This document shows, one piece after another, positions 1 to 4,794 of a DNA stretch of 5,935 nt. Location: positions 1-5,935 of the IMG/VR virus record IMGVR_UViG_3300045988_007371, one strand, 5' to 3'. The notes under the pieces are model-generated. The model saw only the letters and a list, made by a program, of their open reading frames with translations. It was not told the origin of the DNA and searched no databases. A program made the translations under genes and the position numbers. Source of the stretch: a virus. Every line of letters begins with the position of its first letter. Positions within the stretch are counted from its first letter, which is position 1.

Positions 1-99
1 AAGAAGCTTTGCAAACGAAATTGATTTAGAACTAATCAGAAGGGATTATGAAAATGGGACGACATCGTAAGAAAATGAGCGGCGCAAAAGATCGCCGAA
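1..99. repeat. Terminal redundancy, copy 1 (circular-genome assembly overlap)
   Basis: By direct comparison, bases 1-99 (aagaagctttgcaaacgaaattg...aaagatcgccgaa) are identical to 5837-5935. The repeat cuts through coding sequence: it holds the 3' end of the 75-aa ORF and the 5' part of the J-like ORF. That is what a circular genome written past its own start looks like. Implied unit length is 5,836 nt. Confidence 0.97.
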
Positions 100-176
100 T
101 GTTCAACGTAACTGCACGAAAGACGAAAACTATCAACCTTAGCCAGAAGCCCATGCGCGGTGGTATCCGGCTGTAA
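48..176 (+). CDS. Small basic DNA-binding/packaging protein (phiX174 J-like; gokushovirus VP8-like), 42 aa
   Basis: Hand translation gives MKMGRHRKKMSGAKDRRMFNVTARKTKTINLSQKPMRGGIRL, with stop TAA at 174-176. It is very rich in Arg/Lys and ends in PMRGGIRL, the C-terminal signature I recognise from gokushovirus small DNA-binding proteins. An alternative start is the in-frame ATG at 54, giving 40 aa. The purine-rich gaaggga at 38-44 could serve either start. The ORF is below the size cutoff of the supplied track. A truncated second copy begins at 5884 inside the terminal repeat. Confidence 0.8.
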   Translation: MKMGRHRKKMSGAKDRRMFNVTARKTKTINLSQKPMRGGIRL

Positions 177-192
177 AAGAAAGGAAAAGACA

Positions 193-432
193 ATGGAACA
201 TCTGTATTATGGACTGTGGGACAACGTAGCAAAGTGCTATGCGTGGGTAGGCGAAAGCAAGAATAACGCAACCTTTGCGCGTATGTGCAATGTTATGGAA
301 AAGGACGAAAAGACTTTTGTCGGACAGAGTCCGGAAGACTACATCGGATACCGGCTGGCAACATTCAACGATGAGACCGGCACCTTCACCAACGACAAAG
401 AGAAAGCATGGGAGGGCAAGCCGCATGAATAA
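193..432 (+). CDS. Conserved microvirus nonstructural protein (gokushovirus VP5/ORF5-like), 79 aa
   Basis: This is the track ORF 160..432. I prefer the ATG at 193 (MEHLYYGLWDNVAKCYAW...), which has AAGGA at 181-185 seven nt upstream. Position 160 is a GTG lying inside the J-like gene. The pattern Y..WD......W....N...A.R ... SPEDYIGYRLATFNDETGTF resembles the PEDY/F..(Y/L)..G.FDD.TG motif of the small nonstructural protein found in many gokushoviruses. The function call comes from memory of that family, not from a search. Confidence 0.75.
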   Translation: MEHLYYGLWDNVAKCYAWVGESKNNATFARMCNVMEKDEKTFVGQSPEDYIGYRLATFNDETGTFTNDKEKAWEGKPHE

Positions 433-823
433 ACGATACGAAGAAGGGCGAGAGCCCTTCTTTTCTGAAAGCGGAGAAAAATTCAGAAAGCAATACGTCT
501 GGACAAAAGACGAAAAAGGGCAAGAAGTGCTGCAAGAAACAGAACCGATCGACATTCAGCAAGAAATCGAAAGCTATGCAGACGAATGCGACATCAAAAA
601 CATTGTCCGAAAAGCAAGTTTTGACCCGCAGTTCCTTGAAAGCTTATCCGAAGGAGCAATGACGGGGGAAGAAGTGGACATCACCGAATTTCCGCAAAAC
701 ATTCATGAGTATCACCGCATGATTGCGACCGCACAGGCAAACGCAATGAAGCTTGAAGAGCTACAAAAAATGGAAGCGGAAAAAGCAAAAGCAGAACCTG
801 AAGCAAAGGAGGAAGAAAAGTGA
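425..823 (+). CDS. Internal scaffolding protein (VP3-like), 132 aa
   Basis: Same frame as track ORF 275..823, but position 275 is a TTG with no RBS. The ATG at 425 has GGAGG at 411-415 nine nt upstream and overlaps the upstream stop (ATGAATAA, 425-432). The product MNKRYEEGREPFF...ESYADECDIKNIVRKASFDPQFLESL...ITEFPQNIHEYHRMIATAQANAMKLEE... is acidic and helical, about 130 aa, and sits immediately upstream of VP1. All of this fits gokushovirus VP3. Its stop TGA (821-823) overlaps the VP1 GTG start. Confidence 0.8.
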   Translation: MNKRYEEGREPFFSESGEKFRKQYVWTKDEKGQEVLQETEPIDIQQEIESYADECDIKNIVRKASFDPQFLESLSEGAMTGEEVDITEFPQNIHEYHRMIATAQANAMKLEELQKMEAEKAKAEPEAKEEEK

Positions 824-2511
824 ATCGAAACAATGAACGACACTTCAACCAAATCCCAGAAATGAAAGCAAGTCGAACACGATTCAACCGAGACCAGACG
901 ATTTTAACAACATTTGATTCCGGGAAATTGATTCCGTTTTACGTTGACGAAGTATTGCCGGGCGACACATTTAGAGTAAACACGACAGCAATCATCAGAA
1001 TGACGACACCGAAGTTTCCAGTGATGGATGATGCATTCATCGACTTCTATTACTTCTATTGTCCAAATCGCATCCTATGGAAAAACTTTAAACAATTCAT
1101 GGGAGAAGTAGAAAATAAACCCTGGATGCCAGTAAAAACGTACAAAGTCCCAGAAATAAAAATCGAAGGAAGTGAAACCTCAGCAAAACCACTCGAAAAA
1201 AGTATCTTAGATTACATGGGCGTTCCAACGAAAGTAAAAAGACCCTTCAAAATTAACGCATTGCCAATCAGAGCATATGTAATGATCTGGAACGAATTTT
1301 TTAGAGACGAAAATGTAGGCAATGCGGCAGTATGGTCAGACGAAGACAGTGATGTAACATACGCACAAAGCTACAATGAAAACTCAACCAACGCGGACAA
1401 AATGCAAAAAGAGTTGAATGAAGCAATAACCGGCGGGCTCTGTCTACCGGTAAACAAGTTCCACGACTACTTCTCAAGCTGTCTCCCCTATGCACAACGT
1501 GGGCCGGAAGTGACGCTGCCAATGCAAGGCAATGCAAGAATATCCGGATACACAAATGATAAATTTAACGAAAAAGCACCACTATATGCAAACAGCTTTT
1601 TTGACGGAAGCACAAACCCGGGCAACATCAAAGACAAAATGTATGCAATCGCAGCAGATGGAGGCACAGGATCAGCATACTTAGCCATTGGAGACGGAAC
1701 AGGCAGTGACCATAAAGTAGTATACCTAGGCGCAGACCTTGGAAGCGTAACCGCAGCAACCATCAACGACTTGCGAAAAGCCGTAGCAGTGCAACAGTAC
1801 TACGAGGCGCTGGCAAGAGGCGGCAGCCGTTACCGCGAGCAGGTACAAGCATTGTGGGATGTAATTATCTCAGATAAAACTGTACAGATCCCGGAATATC
1901 TTGGCGGCGGCAGATACCGCGTCAATGTTAACCAGATCGTACAGACAAGCGGACAGCAGACCGACAAAGACACGCCTATTGGTGAAACCGGTGCAATGTC
2001 AGTAACACCCATCAATGAAAGCAGTTTTACGAAATCTTTCGAGGAACACGGATTCGTAATCGGTGTATGTTGTGTACGACACAATCACAGTTACCAGCAA
2101 GGGCTTGAACGTTTCTGGAGTCGAACGGACAGACTGGACTATTACGTACCTCAGTTCGCAAATCTTGGCGAACAGCCTGTCAAAAAGAAAGAAATCATGC
2201 TAACCGGCACAGCAACAGACGAAGAAACTTTCGGTTACCAGGAAGCATGGGCAGACTACAGAATGAAGCCGAATCGAGTATCCGGCCTCATGAGAAGCAA
2301 CGCAATCGGAACGCTGGACTTCTGGCACTATGCCGACAACTATTCAACCGTACCAACACTATCGCAGGAGTGGATGGCAGAAGGAAAGAAAGAAATCGCA
2401 AGAACATTGATCGTGCAGGATGAGCCGCAGTTCTTCGGCGCAATCCGAGTAGCAAACAAAACAACAAGACGTATGCCGTTGTACAGCGTACCGGGCTTGT
2501 ACAAACTGTAA
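820..2511 (+). CDS. Major capsid protein (VP1, phiX174 F-like), 563 aa
   Basis: GTG start at 820, preceded by AAGGAGG (806-812) with a 7-nt spacer. The N-terminal region RNNERHFNQIPEMKASRTRFNRDQTILTTFDSGKLIPFYVDEVLPGDTFRVNTTAIIRMTTPKFPVMDDAFIDFYYFYCPNRILW matches the conserved Microviridae capsid N-terminus (..HF..vP...i.RS.F......T.F..G.LiP....EvlPGDtf...). The size is typical of gokushovirus VP1. Confidence 0.97.
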   Translation: MNRNNERHFNQIPEMKASRTRFNRDQTILTTFDSGKLIPFYVDEVLPGDTFRVNTTAIIRMTTPKFPVMDDAFIDFYYFYCPNRILWKNFKQFMGEVENKPWMPVKTYKVPEIKIEGSETSAKPLEKSILDYMGVPTKVKRPFKINALPIRAYVMIWNEFFRDENVGNAAVWSDEDSDVTYAQSYNENSTNADKMQKELNEAITGGLCLPVNKFHDYFSSCLPYAQRGPEVTLPMQGNARISGYTNDKFNEKAPLYANSFFDGSTNPGNIKDKMYAIAADGGTGSAYLAIGDGTGSDHKVVYLGADLGSVTAATINDLRKAVAVQQYYEALARGGSRYREQVQALWDVIISDKTVQIPEYLGGGRYRVNVNQIVQTSGQQTDKDTPIGETGAMSVTPINESSFTKSFEEHGFVIGVCCVRHNHSYQQGLERFWSRTDRLDYYVPQFANLGEQPVKKKEIMLTGTATDEETFGYQEAWADYRMKPNRVSGLMRSNAIGTLDFWHYADNYSTVPTLSQEWMAEGKKEIARTLIVQDEPQFFGAIRVANKTTRRMPLYSVPGLYKL

Positions 2512-2521
2512 GAAAGGAGAA

Positions 2522-2547
2522 AGCCCGGAGAAATCCGGGCTATTTTT
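2522..2547 (+). terminator. Rho-independent terminator after the capsid gene
   Basis: An 8-bp GC-rich stem, AGCCCGGA (2522-2529) paired with TCCGGGCT (2534-2541), closes a GAAA tetraloop (2530-2533). It is followed by A-TTTTT (2542-2547). It lies 11 nt after the VP1 stop. Confidence 0.75.
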
Positions 2548-2550
2548 AAA

Positions 2551-3414
2551 ATGAGCGCATTATCAGGACTCTTAACAGGGCTAAACGTAGCCGGAAACAT
2601 TGCAAGCACAATTGGAACATTTGCAAACGCTGGTAAACAAGTCGCCGGAATATTTGGCGGATGGGGTCAGGAAGGCAACAGCCAAAGCCAAGGCGGCAGT
2701 GTAAGCCAAGGCGGCGGTCATTCAGAAAGCGGAAGCTATTCGGGCACAAACGTGCAACAGGTAAACGACTGGCTAAAACAAGCATATGCATACCAAGGGC
2801 AAGAAGCAGCCATGCAAGGTAAATACAACAGTCAGAGTATGCTTAAACAAATGGGGTACAACACCTTACAAGCAATCATGCAAGGCATATATAACCACAT
2901 TGAAAACGGCGTAGCAATGAACTACAACAGTGCAGAAGCACTAGCAAACCGTGAATGGCAAGAACACATGTCAAGCACAGCATACCAGCGTGCAGTTGAA
3001 GACATGAAAAAAGCGGGACTTAATCCAATCTTAGCTTTTTCAAACGGCGGAGCAAGCACACCGGGGGGAAGCGCAGGAACAATTAGCGGTGCAAGTATGG
3101 GACTAGCAAGCAGCAGCGCACTAGGAGTAAGCAGAAGCGGCGGATTCGTACCGAACGCATACGAAAGCAACAGCTGGTCGAAAAGCGACTGGTACAACGC
3201 CGCAGAAAGCTGGCAACAGATGCTCAGTAATACACACATGACGCCCTATGGACTGACAAAAGCATTAACAAAAATTGCAAACGGCACAGACGATGCAATC
3301 AAAGATGCAGTAAAGCCAACAACAAAACAACCAAACAAGAAAAACTACATTAAACCGCAAGACAAAACGGGCAAATACGGAGAAAAAAGGGAACCGGGTG
3401 ATTATTTAAAATGA
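2551..3414 (+). CDS. Minor capsid / DNA pilot protein (VP2, phiX174 H-like), 287 aa
   Basis: It has a Gly/Ala-rich hydrophobic N-terminus (MSALSGLLTGLNVAGNIASTIGTFANAG), then a G/S/Q low-complexity region. It also carries NREWQEHMSSTAYQRAVEDMKKAGLNPILAF, which I recognise as the conserved core of gokushovirus VP2 (..sNTAyQR.v.DlkaAGLNP.La). Position after VP1 and before the rep gene fits. Confidence 0.92.
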   Translation: MSALSGLLTGLNVAGNIASTIGTFANAGKQVAGIFGGWGQEGNSQSQGGSVSQGGGHSESGSYSGTNVQQVNDWLKQAYAYQGQEAAMQGKYNSQSMLKQMGYNTLQAIMQGIYNHIENGVAMNYNSAEALANREWQEHMSSTAYQRAVEDMKKAGLNPILAFSNGGASTPGGSAGTISGASMGLASSSALGVSRSGGFVPNAYESNSWSKSDWYNAAESWQQMLSNTHMTPYGLTKALTKIANGTDDAIKDAVKPTTKQPNKKNYIKPQDKTGKYGEKREPGDYLK

Positions 3415-4430
3415 GTTGCTACAAGCCATTAATAAGGCTGTACAACCCGAACGATAAAGACATTAGCGGGAGGGTGTATTCACTCTCCCGCATTTCTCAG
3501 TTAGCGGGAAAACAGCTCAAATATGAAGATCTGATGTACAGGAAAGATATAATGTTGATACCATGCGGACAATGTATCGGATGTAGAATCAGACAAAGAG
3601 AGGACTGGACAACACGAATAGAATTAGAAGCACGAGATTATCCAAAAGAACAAGTCTGGTTTATTACGCTAACCTATGATGACGATCATGTACCGGGCAT
3701 GATAATAAACACAGGCGAAATCATGCGAAAAGTGCAATACGTCTGGAAGCCGGGAGAGAAGCGCCCTGAAAGCGTCCAAACGTTACTATATCCTGACATT
3801 CAAAAATTCTTAAAACGTCTCAGAAAGGCTTATAGGGGCAAATTACGCTATTTTGTAGCGGGAGAATACGGAGAACAGACAGCAAGACCGCACTATCACA
3901 TGATTCTATACGGGTGGCAACCAACAGACCTTGAACACCTGTACAAGATACAACACAACGGATACTTTACAAGTAAATGGCTAGAAAACCTATGGGGCAT
4001 GGGTCAAATACAGATAGCACAAGCAGTGCCAGAAACCTATAGATATGTTGCAGGGTACGTCACAAAAAAAATGTATGAGATAGACGGCCAAAAAGCAAAC
4101 GCATACTACGAACTAGGGCAAACAAAACCATTCGCATGCATGAGCCTAAAGCCGGGTTTAGGCGAACACTATTACCAAGAGCACAAAGAAGAGATCTGGC
4201 GGCAAGGATATATCCAATGCACAAACGGCAAACACGCACAAATTCCGCGCTATTATGAAAAAATGATGGAAGCAGAAAACCCACAAAGATTATGGAGAAT
4301 TAAACAGAACAGACAAGCAGCAGCAATTGCAGAAAACCGGCTAAAGTACGAAAATGCAGACTTTGCAGAACAATGTAAAACAAAAGAGAGAGTAATAAAG
4401 AAGCAGATGAAGAAGAGAGGGACACTTTAA
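3411..4430 (+). CDS. Replication initiation protein (VP4, phiX174 A-like HUH endonuclease), 339 aa
   Basis: The ATG overlaps the VP2 stop (ATGA, 3411-3414). Rolling-circle Rep motifs are present. These are a Cys cluster PCGQCIGCR (aa 51-59), motif I FITLTY (aa 84-89), HUH motif II PHYHMILYG (HYH at nt 3891-3899) and motif III YVAGYVTKK (nt 4044-4070). Motif III has two tyrosines spaced YxxxY, as in the phiX174 A protein. Confidence 0.96.
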   Translation: MSCYKPLIRLYNPNDKDISGRVYSLSRISQLAGKQLKYEDLMYRKDIMLIPCGQCIGCRIRQREDWTTRIELEARDYPKEQVWFITLTYDDDHVPGMIINTGEIMRKVQYVWKPGEKRPESVQTLLYPDIQKFLKRLRKAYRGKLRYFVAGEYGEQTARPHYHMILYGWQPTDLEHLYKIQHNGYFTSKWLENLWGMGQIQIAQAVPETYRYVAGYVTKKMYEIDGQKANAYYELGQTKPFACMSLKPGLGEHYYQEHKEEIWRQGYIQCTNGKHAQIPRYYEKMMEAENPQRLWRIKQNRQAAAIAENRLKYENADFAEQCKTKERVIKKQMKKRGTL

Positions 4431-4448
4431 CAGTGTCATAGTGTCACC

Positions 4449-4482
4449 TAGCCCAGTGCCTATCAAGTAAGGTACTGGGCTA
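4449..4482 (+). other. Stem-loop immediately downstream of rep (weak terminator or ssDNA structural/origin element)
   Basis: TAGCCCAGTgCC (4449-4460) pairs with GGtACTGGGCTA (4471-4482). This gives 12 positions with one G:T mismatch and a 10-nt loop, TATCAAGTAA. No clean T-tract follows (ttgtcgtc), so it is not a textbook terminator. It is preceded by the tandem AGTGTCA AGTGTCA (4432-4438 and 4440-4446) and a small GACACT/AGTGTC hairpin spanning the rep stop codon. Confidence 0.5.
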
Positions 4483-4537
4483 TTGTCGTCTAAGGACGCC
4501 ATGTATCGAACTATTCAGTCTATCAAATAATCCAATT

Positions 4538-4582
4538 CGCACGTGCGCACACGCGCGATAGCGCGCACGCGCGCACGCGCGA
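4538..4582. repeat. GC-rich alternating purine-pyrimidine (CG/CA) tract with nested palindromes and short tandem repeats
   Basis: The sequence is cgcacgtgcgcacacgcgcg-ata-gcgcgcacgcgcgcacgcgcg. It contains perfect Y/R alternation over 4538-4557 (20 nt) and 4561-4581 (21 nt). It also holds the 10-bp palindrome CGCACGTGCG (4538-4547), the tandem GCGCGCAC GCGCGCAC (4561-4576), and the imperfect direct repeat GCGCAC(AC)GCGCGATA (4545-4560 and 4571-4584). It stands out sharply against the A-rich remainder of the genome. Confidence 0.9.
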
Positions 4583-4600
4583 TATAATATTAACTTGTTG

Positions 4601-4621
4601 TAGGAGTAGTAGTAGTAGTAG
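4601..4621. repeat. (TAG)n trinucleotide microsatellite
   Basis: The sequence tag gag tag tag tag tag tag has five perfect TAG units (4607-4621), preceded by TAG and GAG. It reads as stop codons in one + frame. It also explains the spurious YYYYY run in the minus-strand track ORF 4480..4674. Confidence 0.95.
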
Positions 4622-4794
4622 TGGAAAAGTTGAAAAGTACTAAAATTTAACGTTAAAGCGTAAATAAAAAGCAAAAAACGCCGTTGAAAGTTTTGTTGAA
4701 AAATTGTTGAATTGTTGAAAGTCCGTCAAAATGACGAAAATCATTGTGCAACATTTTGTGGAAAACCTGTTGAAAGTGTTGAAAGTGTTGAAAA
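4621..4794 (+). repeat. Array of direct GTTGAAA-type heptamer repeats (iteron-like), ending in three tandem 9-mers
   Basis: Perfect GTTGAAA occurs at 4629, 4683, 4695, 4714, 4769, 4778 and 4787. Variants are GTGGAAA at 4621 and 4758, GTTGAAT at 4706, GTTAAAG at 4652 and GTCAAAA at 4725. All share one orientation. The last three form cTGTTGAAA gTGTTGAAA gTGTTGAAA (4767-4793). With equal base frequencies a given 7-mer is expected about 0.36 times in 5.8 kb. Confidence 0.9.

Noticed and set aside
1-99. The 99-nt terminal direct repeat as a biological DTR/LTR or transposon end
   Set aside because: The repeat is exact and interrupts ORFs that read continuously through the junction. Microviruses have circular genomes without terminal repeats. 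Linearising an assembled circle explains it best.
160-192. GTG start at 160 for the VP5-like ORF, and the ATG at 5087 for the M15 ORF
   Set aside because: Both extensions overlap the preceding gene and lack an RBS. The internal ATGs at 193 and 5159 each have a purine-rich RBS at 7-9 nt and begin just after the upstream stop.
275-424. N-terminal extension of the VP3 ORF to position 275 (182-aa model)
   Set aside because: Position 275 is a TTG without an RBS. The extension lies entirely inside the VP5-like gene in another frame, and its product is an implausible basic, Pro/Thr-rich peptide. The ATG at 425 has a GGAGG RBS and gives a typical VP3 length.
4064-4071. A8 homopolymers (4064-4071 in rep motif III, 5302-5309 in the M15 gene, A7 at 5102-5108) as programmed frameshift or phase-variation sites
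   Set aside because: They simply encode lysine runs in an A-rich genome. There is no alternative-frame ORF downstream and no stimulatory structure.
4583-4588. TATAAT hexamer at 4583-4588 as a promoter -10 box
   Set aside because: The sequence 16-18 nt upstream is pure GC tract with no TTG-type -35 box and no TG extension. No ORF with an RBS follows.
4571-4598. dif-like XerC/XerD recombination site (GCGCG-ATATAATATTAAC) that could mediate lysogeny, as reported for some gokushovirus prophages
   Set aside because: My best manual register against the E. coli dif 28-mer (GGTGCGCATAATGTATATTATGTTAAAT) gave only about 10/28 identities, and the ATAAT-N6-ATTAT core is not reproduced. A host-specific dif variant cannot be excluded without the host genome.
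4621-4794. GTTGAAA repeat array as a CRISPR array
   Set aside because: The repeats are only 7-9 nt long, the spacing is irregular (8-34 nt) or zero, there are no unique spacers of uniform length, and there are no cas genes. This is not CRISPR.
4621-4794. GTTGAAA/TGTTGAA repeats as Spo0A (0A-box, TGNCGAA) sites
   Set aside because: The repeats carry T where the 0A box has its conserved C (TGTTGAA against TGTCGAA). Only TGACGAA at 4732-4738 fits TGNCGAA. That is too weak to claim without knowing the host.
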